Shown here: positions 28,196 through 37,099 of the stretch, piece after piece
Layout of the letters: every line of letters starts with the position of its first letter
Position numbering within the stretch: the first letter of the stretch is position 1
Made by a program: the position numbers and the translations under genes
Notes under the pieces: model-generated
What the model was told of the DNA's origin: nothing
Database searches by the model: none
The model's input: the letters and a program-made list of their open reading frames with translations, nothing else
Origin: an uncultured Gemmatimonadales bacterium
Lineage (GTDB): Bacteria > Gemmatimonadota > Gemmatimonadetes > Longimicrobiales > RSA9
Direction of reading: 5' to 3'
Assembly: GCA_963798845.1 (NCBI GenBank)
Contig: CAWCUS010000001.1
Location: 352,001 to 416,000, forward strand
Length of the DNA: 64,000 nt

Positions 28196-30589
28196 TCAGC
28201 TGCGGACGGCTTCTCCGGCGCTCGCGCTCCCCGCCGAGGTGCGCCGGCGATAGTCGCGCTGCCACGCGCTCAGCAGCCCGTCCGTACGTCGGCCGCTGCC
28301 CAGCACTTCGCGCACCCGGTCGGGGTCCGCTTCCAGGCCATTGAAAACGCGCTCGGCGCCGAACGTCTTGATCAGCGCCTCCGCCGTCTTCTGCCCCACG
28401 CCCTGATAGCTGTTGGAGAGGTAGCGGATCACCGCGCCCTCCTCCGTGGGCAACCCCAGATCGTTCGGATCGAACCCGGCCAGCTCCGGCGCCGGCTCCG
28501 CGCCGGCCGCCGGCTCGGTGACGGCGTCCTGCTCCGTCTCGGGCTCCGCCAGGGCTTCCGTGCTCGGCCGCGACCCGGGCGCGGCCGCGCCGTTGTCGTC
28601 CGGCGAGCCTGCCGACGCCGCGGGGCTCTCCGGCCCCACCTCGGGCACCTCCACCGCCTGCGCGGGCTCACTTGCCGCCGGCGACGACTCCTCGGCCACC
28701 TGCGATGCCGCCCCGCCGCCCGTGGCCGCACTGCCCACTACCTGGCCCGGAAGGAGCGGCGGCGGACCGTCGCTCGCGCCAGCACGGCGCCCGCCCCTGC
28801 GACCGTAGCTGCGCGGCTTCTTCTCGCCGGCGCCACCAGCCGCTGCCATCCCGGCCGGCCTGGCCGGAGCCTCCGCGTCGGCCGGCTTCTCCGTCTCGGC
28901 CTCCGTCTCGGCCTCCGGCTCTGACGGCTTCTCCGTCTCGAGCGCCGCCGGCTCGGCCGCCTCTTCGGCCGCCGGCGCCGCGGCTTCCCTCACCGTCTCC
29001 TCACGCTCCGTCGTGGCTCCGGGGCGAGCCCGGTCCTCCGCCGCGGCCGTGGCCTGCGTGGCCGGCTCCTCCCGCTCCTCCCGCTCCTCCCGCTCCTCCC
29101 GCTCCTCCCGCTCCTCCCGCTCCTGCGGCTCCTGCCGCTCTCCGCGCTCCTTGTCGCGCTCCGATCGCTGCGAGCGCTCCCGCCCGCGCGGCCGCTCACG
29201 TGCCTCGCGTGCCTCGCTGCGCTGCTCCTCGCGGCCCCGGTCGCGCTGCTCCGGACGCGACGCAGCGGCCTGAGCGCCCCTGCGGAGACGCGCCTCGTAG
29301 TACCCGTCGGGCGACTTCTGGAGGTCGATGACCTCCACGTCGTGCGCCTGTCGGAGGAAGCGGCTGAACTTCGTGAAGCCGAGCGAGGATTCGTCCCACC
29401 CGGACTCCAGCTCCAGCATCTGGCGCTTGATGTCCGAGTCGCGCGCCGCATCGCCGGTCTGGTTCACCAGCTTCGAGATCGCCTGCTGGAGCAGGTCGTA
29501 GCCGTGCTGGAGGTCCTCCTCCCGGCGCTCGCGCGTGGACGGGTGCGGTTTCGGCCGCTCGGTGCGGGGCGAGCGTTTCGACTCCGCTCGCGGCTCCGAC
29601 CGTGGCTCCCGCTTCGGCTCCCGCTTCGGCTCCGGCCGCGCCGTGGACTCACGCCTCGACTCCGGCTGCCCGGGCTGCTCCGGCTGCTGCTGCTCCGGCT
29701 GCGGCAGCGGTGCGGCCGCCTCGGCCCGGGGCTCGTCGCGGCGATCGCGGCGGCCACGGCCCCGGCGGCGCTCATCGCGCCGGTCGTCCCGGCTCTCGTC
29801 CCGGCTCTCCCGTTCGCCGTTCTCGTACGGCTGGACCTCGTACTGTCCGTTCTCCAGCTTCCGCAACGCAAGCCGGTTCCGGGATGCGGCTTCCGTCAGG
29901 AACTTGTTGAACTTGCTGAACCCGAGCTGGCTCTCGTCGAAATTGCTGTCCAGCTCCAGCATCACCTGCTTCAGCCGGTCGGAGCGCATGACGTCGTTCT
30001 GCGACGCCATCTGCTCCACCGCCCGCTGCGTCAGCTCCCACGGGTCCGTGCGCGACACCACGTCCTCTTCGCCCGCCTTCGTGAGACCGGTGAGGGAGGA
30101 GTAGGAGAAGTACTCGTCGCAGTTCTGGACCAGCAGGTCCGACGCCGATTCACGCAGCCCGACGCCGATGACGTACTTGCCGTACTCCTTCAGCTTCAGG
30201 ACCAGGCTGCTGAAGTCGGAGTCGCCGGAAAGCAGGATGTAGGTCCCGATCTCCGGGCGAGTGAAGACCAGCTCCAGCGCATCGATGGCCAGCCGTATGT
30301 CCGTGGCGTTCTTCTTCGAGCTGCCGTACGCCGGCGCGAAGATCAGGTCCACGCTGGCTTCGCTCAGCGGAACGATGTACTGCGCGTAGCGGCGCCAGTC
30401 CGCGTAGGCGCGCTGCACCGCCACCTTTCCCTTGATGATGTCGCTGTTGAGGAGTTCCTTCAGCTGGCGGGTGAGATCACTGCGGATGCCCATCGTGACG
30501 TTGTCGAAATCGATGAGCAGCGCTGCGTTCGGCGCAACTTCGGGCGCGCCGGCGCCCCCACGATGAGGGGCGTTGATGAAGTTCTGCAT
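28196..30589 (-). CDS. NYN-domain protein with two LOTUS/OST-HTH domains, long disordered regions and C-terminal HhH
   Basis: IDFDN, AYADW, KNATDIRLAIDA, SGDSDFS; two (F/W)DESxLGFxKFxxFL repeats; YLSNSYQGVGQKTAEALIKTFG. Confidence 0.88.
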   Translation of the reverse strand: MQNFINAPHRGGAGAPEVAPNAALLIDFDNVTMGIRSDLTRQLKELLNSDIIKGKVAVQRAYADWRRYAQYIVPLSEASVDLIFAPAYGSSKKNATDIRLAIDALELVFTRPEIGTYILLSGDSDFSSLVLKLKEYGKYVIGVGLRESASDLLVQNCDEYFSYSSLTGLTKAGEEDVVSRTDPWELTQRAVEQMASQNDVMRSDRLKQVMLELDSNFDESQLGFSKFNKFLTEAASRNRLALRKLENGQYEVQPYENGERESRDESRDDRRDERRRGRGRRDRRDEPRAEAAAPLPQPEQQQPEQPGQPESRRESTARPEPKREPKREPRSEPRAESKRSPRTERPKPHPSTRERREEDLQHGYDLLQQAISKLVNQTGDAARDSDIKRQMLELESGWDESSLGFTKFSRFLRQAHDVEVIDLQKSPDGYYEARLRRGAQAAASRPEQRDRGREEQRSEAREARERPRGRERSQRSERDKERGERQEPQEREEREEREEREEREEREEPATQATAAAEDRARPGATTEREETVREAAAPAAEEAAEPAALETEKPSEPEAETEAETEKPADAEAPARPAGMAAAGGAGEKKPRSYGRRGGRRAGASDGPPPLLPGQVVGSAATGGGAASQVAEESSPAASEPAQAVEVPEVGPESPAASAGSPDDNGAAAPGSRPSTEALAEPETEQDAVTEPAAGAEPAPELAGFDPNDLGLPTEEGAVIRYLSNSYQGVGQKTAEALIKTFGAERVFNGLEADPDRVREVLGSGRRTDGLLSAWQRDYRRRTSAGSASAGEAVRS

Positions 30590-30784
30590 GTCCTCGCGTT
30601 AACCTTCCGTTCGTGTGTTCCAGCGCGAGGCCCCTCGTTGCCGAGGGCGCCGATACAGGACCGGGTGCCGGGCGACGGATGTCGGCCGGCAGCCGGGCCG
30701 CATCGTGCGGCCTCCGGACAACCGAGGAGTCCCGCGACTCGGGCCCCGGAGCCATCCGGCTCGGAGACCCGTTCCGATTGGGTC

Positions 30785-32383
30785 CTACGGTCGGCGGCTC
30801 GATTCCTCGGCGCTGACCATCCGCGCCAGCTCGACCCGCCGGACCTTCCCGCTCCCCGTCAAGGGGAACGAATCGAAGAAGCGGACCAGGTCCGGGACCT
30901 TGAAATCCGCCAGCGCGCTCCGGCACCAATCCCTGATTTCCTCGCCGGTGATGATGGCGCCTTCGACGGGCACCACGCACGCGCAAACCTGCTCGCCGAG
31001 AACCTCGTGCGGCAACCCGACCACGGCCACGTCCATCACGGCCGGGTGGGCGTGCAGTCGGTCCTCGACTTCACGGGGGTAGACGTTGAAACCCCCGCGG
31101 ATGATCAACTCCTTCCGTCGGCCCACGAGGTGGAGATAGCCCTCCTCGTCGATCATGCCCAGGTCTCCGGTCTGGAAGTACCCGGCCTCGTCGAACGCGT
31201 GGGACGTCTCCCCGGGCTGACGGTAGTAGCCTTTCATCACGCCGGGGCCTCTTACCCCGATCTCCCCAAGACTTTCCACCGGCAGCACGCTGCCGTCGAA
31301 GTCCAGGATCCTGACATCAATGGAAGGGAGCGGCTTCCCCACCGTGAACACCTTCTTCTCATCGGGGTCGCTCGGCTGCGTCATGGCCACGGTGGACGCC
31401 GTTTCCGTGAGGGAATAGGCGACGCACAGCTCCGGACACAGCTCCGCTCTGATGCGGCGGACCAGGTCATCCCCGACCGGCGCGCCCGCCACGATTCCCG
31501 CGCGCAGCGAGCTCAGGTCGTAGGACCGCTCCTCCAGCTCCCGCAGCTCGGTGATGAACACCGTGGGCACGCCGTAGTGCACGGTCGCGCGGTGCTCCTC
31601 GATGAGCGACAGCGCGGCCGCAGGCTCGAACGTCTCCTGCAGCACCAGCGTCGCGCCGGCAATCAGCGTGCCGAGAATGCCCGGGCCGAGCCCGAACACG
31701 TGGAAAACCGTGGTGACGCCGAAGACGACGTCGTCGTGGCGCAGCCCGATGGCGTCCGCCGTGGCGGCCGCCGTTTCCAGCAGGTTGGCGTGTGTGAGGG
31801 CCACCCCCTTCGGCTTTCCCATCGTGCCGGAGGTGTAGAGGATGGCGAAGACCTCGTCCGCGGCGGTGGGGGCGGGCTCGAACGCGCGGCTCTCGCCGCT
31901 GGAGAGCAGATCTTCGAACTGGTAGATCCGGTCGTCGTACCAGAGGTCCGCCTCGCCGACCGTGACCAGGTACTGCAGCTCCGGCAGCGAAGTCAGGAAG
32001 CCCTCGAACAGCTCCAGGTAGTCCACGCCATTGAAGTCCTCGGCCGACACCACGGCCGCCGCTTCCGAGTGCCGCAGCATGTACTGCAGCTCCGGCATCG
32101 TGTAGCGCGGATTCAGCGGGACGATCACGGCTCCGAGCTTGGCGGCCGCGAACAGCGAGATGGCGAACTCGGTCCAGTTCGGCAGATCCAGCGCGATTCG
32201 GTCGCCAGCCTCGATCCCCAGCTCCCGCAGGGACGCGGCCAGCGCCGTTGAACGCTCGTCGACCTGGCCATAGGTCAGCCTGCGGTTTCCGGAAATCAAG
32301 AAGACGCGGTCGGCGTCCTCCGCAGTCCGCGCCTCCAGCGCTTCGGCGACCGTCCTTCCCTGTATGCGCTCGACGAGCGCCAT
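30785..32383 (-). CDS. Class I adenylate-forming enzyme (long-chain acyl-CoA ligase-like)
   Basis: YTSGTMGKPKG, YSLTE, TGDLG, GRRKELIIRGGFNVYPREVE, GSGKV. Confidence 0.93.
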   Translation of the reverse strand: MALVERIQGRTVAEALEARTAEDADRVFLISGNRRLTYGQVDERSTALAASLRELGIEAGDRIALDLPNWTEFAISLFAAAKLGAVIVPLNPRYTMPELQYMLRHSEAAAVVSAEDFNGVDYLELFEGFLTSLPELQYLVTVGEADLWYDDRIYQFEDLLSSGESRAFEPAPTAADEVFAILYTSGTMGKPKGVALTHANLLETAAATADAIGLRHDDVVFGVTTVFHVFGLGPGILGTLIAGATLVLQETFEPAAALSLIEEHRATVHYGVPTVFITELRELEERSYDLSSLRAGIVAGAPVGDDLVRRIRAELCPELCVAYSLTETASTVAMTQPSDPDEKKVFTVGKPLPSIDVRILDFDGSVLPVESLGEIGVRGPGVMKGYYRQPGETSHAFDEAGYFQTGDLGMIDEEGYLHLVGRRKELIIRGGFNVYPREVEDRLHAHPAVMDVAVVGLPHEVLGEQVCACVVPVEGAIITGEEIRDWCRSALADFKVPDLVRFFDSFPLTGSGKVRRVELARMVSAEESSRRP

Positions 32384-32503
32384 CACGCCTCCGTCCGGAG
32401 TCCTGTACCGGCGCGCCGCGCCGCGCGACCACGCCTCCCACCCAAAAACCGCAGAAACATAGTCTGGGTGCCCAGGAGCGTCAAACGCCCCCAGGCGTGC
32501 GGA

Positions 32504-33640
32504 TTATCGGCGCCGCGAGGCCTCCAGCGCCGCCAGCACCAGGGCGTCGGGCAGCGCGTGCGTCCACTCTCCCGCACCGCCGCGCGCCGGCTCACCGGGG
32601 CGCGCCACGAGCGCGTAACGGATGGCGCCGGCCCTCGCCTTCTTGTCCGATCTCGCCGCCTTCAGCACCTTTTTCGGTTCCATCCGATCGGGCACGGCCG
32701 TGGGGAGCCCGAACGCGGCCAGCGCCTCGGCGATGCGGGCGCTCGTGCCCGCGGCCGTCACACCCTCACGCTCTCCGGCCGCCGCCTCCACCACCATCCC
32801 GATGGCCACGGCGTCCCCGTGCGAGAGCCCGTAGCCGGAGACCCGCTCCAGCGCGTGCCCCACGGTGTGGCCGAAATTCAGCACCGCGCGCTCCCCCGCT
32901 TCCAGCACGTCCCGGGCGACCACGCCCGTCTTGATCCGGACCGAGCCCGCTACCAGCGCGGCCAGCGCCCGATCGTCTCGCCGGAAGATGGCATCCGCGT
33001 CGGCCACCAGGCGATCGAGGTAGTCGACGTCGGCGATGGCGCCGTGCTTGACGGCCTCGGCGAGGCCGGCGCGCAGCTCGCTGTCCGGCAGCGTGCTCAG
33101 GAAGCGCGGGTCCACCACCACCAGGCGCGGCTGGTGGAACGCGCCGACCAGGTTCTTTCCGGCGCTCAGGTCGAGCCCCGTCTTCCCGCCGATGGAGGCG
33201 TCCACCATGGCCAGGAGCGTGGTCGGCACCTGGACGAAGGCGACTCCCCGGCCGAACGTCGCGGCGGCGAAGCCCGCCACGTCGCCGGTCACGCCCCCGC
33301 CCAGCGCGACAATGCAACCATCGCGGCCGAGGCCGAGGTCGCCCAGCGCCTCCACCAGCGCCGCCCATCGCCCAGGCGTCTTGTGCGCCTCGCCCGCACG
33401 GAGCCGCACCGCCTCGACGGCGTGCCCGGCCTCCCGAAGACGCGACAGGACGCGCTCGCCATGGAGGTCGGCGACGATGTCGTCGCAGACCAGGACGTAC
33501 TGCTGCGCCGGGACGTGGCGGCGCACCACCTCGCCCAGCCGGTCGGCGACGCCCGCGCCGATGATGATCTCGCACCGCTCCGGCGGGCGGGGCAGCACCA
33601 GCGACACCAGCGCTTCGCCGCCGGCGGTCTCCTCGATCAC
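32504..33640 (-). CDS. aroB: 3-dehydroquinate synthase
   Basis: LGGGVTGDVAGF, PTTLLAMVDASIGGKTG, KNLVGAFHQP, LNFGHTVGHALE. Confidence 0.95.
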   Translation of the reverse strand: MIEETAGGEALVSLVLPRPPERCEIIIGAGVADRLGEVVRRHVPAQQYVLVCDDIVADLHGERVLSRLREAGHAVEAVRLRAGEAHKTPGRWAALVEALGDLGLGRDGCIVALGGGVTGDVAGFAAATFGRGVAFVQVPTTLLAMVDASIGGKTGLDLSAGKNLVGAFHQPRLVVVDPRFLSTLPDSELRAGLAEAVKHGAIADVDYLDRLVADADAIFRRDDRALAALVAGSVRIKTGVVARDVLEAGERAVLNFGHTVGHALERVSGYGLSHGDAVAIGMVVEAAAGEREGVTAAGTSARIAEALAAFGLPTAVPDRMEPKKVLKAARSDKKARAGAIRYALVARPGEPARGGAGEWTHALPDALVLAALEASRRR

Positions 33641-34779
33641 TCCGCCCGCTGCTTCCGCCGACGGTCGAAGCCCGTCCCCAGCAGCGTCTCCCGAACCAGC
33701 CACGCCATCACCTCCTCGAAGGACCCCGTCTCCGCGTGCACGCGACGCAGACGATCCGCGCCGTTGCCCCGCTCCAGCATCGTCTCCACCCGCTCCAGCA
33801 CCCCCAGATCCCCCACCGCCGACGCCAGCTGCGCCGCGCCGTCGAGGATCCGCCGTATCGCCGGTCGCACGCCCGTCTTCCCGCTCGGGGTCTCCGGGTC
33901 CGTGAGCGCGCCGTCCAGCCCGAACCTCGCCGCGTGCCACTCGTTCTCGGTCAGGACCTCGCGCCAGACGTCCGGGCTCAGCCCCCCGGAGCCGGGCGCC
34001 TCGAGCTCCCCTTCCGCCACGCCCATGACCACGAGCCTCGCCAGCGCGGCGATCGTGGCGGCGTCTTCGAGCCGCGGGCAGACGTCCATCGCCCGGAACT
34101 CCAGCGTCGGATAGGAGAAGTGGGGACGCAGGCTCCAGTACACGTTGCCCCGGTCCTGGATCGCTTCGCTCCGCAGCAGAAGGCTGATGAACCTGCGGTA
34201 CTCCTCGTCACTTTCGAAGCGCGGCGGCACGCCGGTGTAGGGGTACTGCCGCCACAGGATCGAACGGTACGATGCGAACCCGGTGTCCTCCGCGTCCAGG
34301 AACGGTGAGCTGGCGGAGAGCGCCACCAGGTGCGGGATGAAGCCGCGAACCTGCTCCATCAGCATCGTCCGGTCGATGCGGTCCGGCACGCCCACGTGCA
34401 CGTGCATGCCGAAGATGTTGACCTCCCGGGCGATCCGGTCATGGCGCTCGACGATGGCCCGGTAGCGCTCGTCCGGGTGGATCCCCGCGCCTTCCCACGC
34501 GCTGAACGGGTGCAGCCCCGCCGCCGCGATGTCCACCCCCTCCGCCGCGGCCGTCGTGGCCGCCTGGAAGCGCTGGCGACGGAGCTCTCCCTCCACCTCC
34601 TCCACCGTCCCGCACACCGGCGTGCCGATCTCCACGGTGGTCTCGTGCAGCTCACCGCGCAGCTCGTTCGCCCAGTCCGTGGCCAGCACGTCGGACGCGC
34701 GGCTGCGCAGCGCACCCGTGTCGGGGTCCACCAGCTGGTACTCCTCCTCCACGCCCATCGTGTATTCGTGGTTGGCCAT
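33637..34779 (-). CDS. ybdK: YbdK-family carboxylate-amine ligase (GCS2)
   Basis: TMGVEEEYQLVD, GLHPF, GMHVHVG, SASSPF, WSLRP..TLEFR.MD. Confidence 0.9.
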   Translation of the reverse strand: MANHEYTMGVEEEYQLVDPDTGALRSRASDVLATDWANELRGELHETTVEIGTPVCGTVEEVEGELRRQRFQAATTAAAEGVDIAAAGLHPFSAWEGAGIHPDERYRAIVERHDRIAREVNIFGMHVHVGVPDRIDRTMLMEQVRGFIPHLVALSASSPFLDAEDTGFASYRSILWRQYPYTGVPPRFESDEEYRRFISLLLRSEAIQDRGNVYWSLRPHFSYPTLEFRAMDVCPRLEDAATIAALARLVVMGVAEGELEAPGSGGLSPDVWREVLTENEWHAARFGLDGALTDPETPSGKTGVRPAIRRILDGAAQLASAVGDLGVLERVETMLERGNGADRLRRVHAETGSFEEVMAWLVRETLLGTGFDRRRKQRAE

Positions 34780-34835
34780 GCTTCTCGGGGCTCACCGTGT
34801 CGGGTGCCGCAGGGTACGGCTCTGAGGGTTTCGGT

Positions 34836-34851
34836 GGCAAATGCGGGGCCC
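34836..34851 (-). promoter_or_regulatory. Possible sigma-54 promoter of ybdK-aroB
   Basis: Minus strand GGGCCCCGCATTTGCC: GG..TTGC at correct spacing. Confidence 0.4.
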
Positions 34852-34929
34852 GGAGAAACAGCGAGGCGCGCGCTCCACACACGAGCCTCTTCCATTCCGA
34901 AATCGCTTCATTATATTCTCTTCCCGACG

Positions 34930-35010
34930 GAGCACAGGTGCTCAAACGGGGCGCTCCGGCCATATGACGGAACGGCTAACAACCGCGTCTCTTTGCAGGG
35001 GCGCTTTTTT
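34930..35010 (+). ncRNA. Candidate cis-regulatory RNA (riboswitch-like) with antiterminator/terminator
   Basis: GGGGCGC 34948-54 can pair with GCGUCUC 34985-91; inner UCCG/CGGA stem with GCC/GGC pseudoknot; competing terminator 34985-35010. Confidence 0.6.
34985..35010 (+). terminator. Intrinsic terminator in the leader of the ATP-grasp/KamA operon
   Basis: GCGUCUCU-UUGC-AGGGGCGC followed by U6, 20 nt before ATG 35031. Confidence 0.75.
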
Positions 35011-35030
35011 CATGGGGTACGAACGAACCG

Positions 35031-36065
35031 ATGCCGCTGAATATCGGGCTCGCGTACAATCAGAAGCCTGACCCGGAGGACGAGCCTCCCGGTACCAGGC
35101 GTCCCCTCGACGACCGATTCGCCGAGTGGGACGACCCCTCGACAATCGCGGCCGTCGAGGCTGCGCTCGCCGAAGCCGGCGATGTGATCCGGCTCGAAGC
35201 CGATGAGGACTTCCCCGCCCGCCTCCGGGCGACCCGGCCCGACATCGTCTTCAACATCGCGGAGGGGCTGAACGGCCCCAACCGGGAAGCGCACGTCCCG
35301 GCCATCTGCGAGTTCTTCGGCATTCCCTACACCGGCAGCGACCCCCTCGCCCTGGCGCTCAGCCTGGACAAGCGGCGGGCCAAGGACGTGTTCCGTGCCG
35401 CCGGGGTCCCGACGCCCGCGGGCGTGTCGGTGTCGCGGCCGGAAGAGCGGCAGCTGGCGCTGCACGTGCCGATCCCGGCCATGGTGAAGCCGCTCTTCGA
35501 GGGCTCCAGCAAGGGCATCCCCGAGAGCGCGCTGTGCGAGAGTCCGGACGACGTGCTGGCACGCGTGGACGCCGTCCTGGAGGAGTACGGCCAGCCGGCG
35601 CTCGTGGAGACCTTCCTCCCCGGCCGGGAGTTCACGTGCGCCGTGCTGGGCAACGGTGACGGCGCGCGGGCGCTCCCGCTGGTGGAGATCCGGTTCGACG
35701 CGCTGCCGGCGGGCGCGAAGCCGATTTACGGCTACGAGGCGAAGTGGGTCTGGGACACGCCCGACCGGCCGCTCTCCATTTTCAGCTGCCCCGCGGCGGT
35801 GGATGGGGCGCTGGGGTCGCTGATCGAGGGCACTGCGGTCGCCGCGTTCACCGCGCTCGGCTGCCGCGACTGGGCCCGGGTCGACCTCCGCCTCGACGAC
35901 GCCGGGCTCCCCCACGTGCTGGAGATCAATCCGCTCCCCGGCGTCCTGCCGGATCCGGAGCAGAATTCCTGCTACCCCAAGGCGGCACGGGCGGCCGGAA
36001 TGGACTACGGCCAGATGATCCGGGCCGTGCTCGATGCTGGGCTGAACAGGTACGGCCTGCGATGA
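35031..36065 (+). CDS. D-Ala-D-Ala ligase-like ATP-grasp enzyme 1
   Basis: VFNIAEG, PYTGSD, LDK, VKPLFEGSSKGI, GREF, YEAKW, RVDLR, LEINPLPG; lacks the canonical Ddl GGxSxE N-terminus. Confidence 0.9.
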   Translation: MPLNIGLAYNQKPDPEDEPPGTRRPLDDRFAEWDDPSTIAAVEAALAEAGDVIRLEADEDFPARLRATRPDIVFNIAEGLNGPNREAHVPAICEFFGIPYTGSDPLALALSLDKRRAKDVFRAAGVPTPAGVSVSRPEERQLALHVPIPAMVKPLFEGSSKGIPESALCESPDDVLARVDAVLEEYGQPALVETFLPGREFTCAVLGNGDGARALPLVEIRFDALPAGAKPIYGYEAKWVWDTPDRPLSIFSCPAAVDGALGSLIEGTAVAAFTALGCRDWARVDLRLDDAGLPHVLEINPLPGVLPDPEQNSCYPKAARAAGMDYGQMIRAVLDAGLNRYGLR

Positions 36066-37099
36066 GGATCGCCGTCGCCTACGACCGCGCCGCCGACGCC
36101 CGCGAGGGCGACGCCCCGCACTCCGGCCGTGACGACGCGGCCGTCCGGGACCGCCCCGCTTCCTCCCCCGCCCCCGCGCTCCCGGAGCGATCCGCCGCCG
36201 CGCCCGATGTGGCCGGGGTGCGCGAGGCGGTGGACGCCGTGGTCGAGAGCCTGGGGCGCCTCGGCCACGCCGCGTTCCCCGTCGCAGTGCACGCGCCGCT
36301 GGAGCGGTTCCTCACCCGATTGAGAGGCGTGGAGCTGGTCTTCAACCTCGCCGAGGGGCTCGACGGACGGGCGGAGGACGAGCCGCGCCTCGCCGCCCTC
36401 ATGGAGCTCTCCGGGCACCCCGTCACCGGCGCGTCCTCGGACACGCTGGCGCTGTGCCGGCGCAAGGACCGGGTCAACACCCTGGCCGCCAGCCGCGGGC
36501 TGGCCGTTCCGCCCTGGGCGGTGGCCCGGCCAGGCCGGCCCGGATGCCCGCTCCCCGGCTGGACGATCTTCCCGGCCATCGTCAAGCCGGTGGACGAGGA
36601 CGGGTCCGTCGGCATCCACGGGGACTCCGTGGTGGAGGACGCGCTCGAGCTCACCGCCTCGCTCGAGCGCGCGGACGGCGAGGTCCTCGTCCAGGCCTTC
36701 GTCGCCGGTCGCGAGTTCAACGTCGGCTTCGTCGGTGAAGAGGCCCTGCCGCTGGCGGAGATCGTGTTCGCCGGAACGCAGCGGGTGGTGAGCTACGCTG
36801 CCAAGTGGGCACCGGGCTCGGCCGACGACCTGTCGACCCTCCCCGTCTGCCCCGCCCGCGTCACCGCCACGTTCCACGACGACGCCGTGGCGCTCGCCCG
36901 TGAGGCCTGGGGCGCCGTGGGCGGACACGGGTACGGCCGCGTGGACCTCCGCACGAACGCAGATGGTCGGCTGAACCTGCTGGACGTCAACCCGAACCCC
37001 GACCTGGCTCCCTCCGCCGGGCTGGCGCGCATGGCGCGCGTGGCCGGCTGGGGCTTCGACGATCTGGTGGCACGGATCGTGGAGGAAGCGGTCGCATGA
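36062..37099 (+). CDS. D-Ala-D-Ala ligase-like ATP-grasp enzyme 2
   Basis: VFNLAEG, IVKPVDEDGSVGI, GREFNV, YAAKW, GYGRVDLR, DVNPNP; ATGA overlap. Confidence 0.88.
   Translation: MRIAVAYDRAADAREGDAPHSGRDDAAVRDRPASSPAPALPERSAAAPDVAGVREAVDAVVESLGRLGHAAFPVAVHAPLERFLTRLRGVELVFNLAEGLDGRAEDEPRLAALMELSGHPVTGASSDTLALCRRKDRVNTLAASRGLAVPPWAVARPGRPGCPLPGWTIFPAIVKPVDEDGSVGIHGDSVVEDALELTASLERADGEVLVQAFVAGREFNVGFVGEEALPLAEIVFAGTQRVVSYAAKWAPGSADDLSTLPVCPARVTATFHDDAVALAREAWGAVGGHGYGRVDLRTNADGRLNLLDVNPNPDLAPSAGLARMARVAGWGFDDLVARIVEEAVA

Noticed and set aside
29342..32251. Long ORFs such as 29342-32251(+), 57586-60552(+), 54231-56861(-), 23063-25348(+), 10826-13036(+)
   Set aside because: Antisense shadows of well-supported genes, typical of high-GC DNA; no motifs
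35031..37099. Housekeeping ddl or van-type resistance ligases
   Set aside because: Canonical N-terminal Ddl motif is missing, there is no mur/fts or vanH/vanX context, and the genes are coupled to GNAT/KamA
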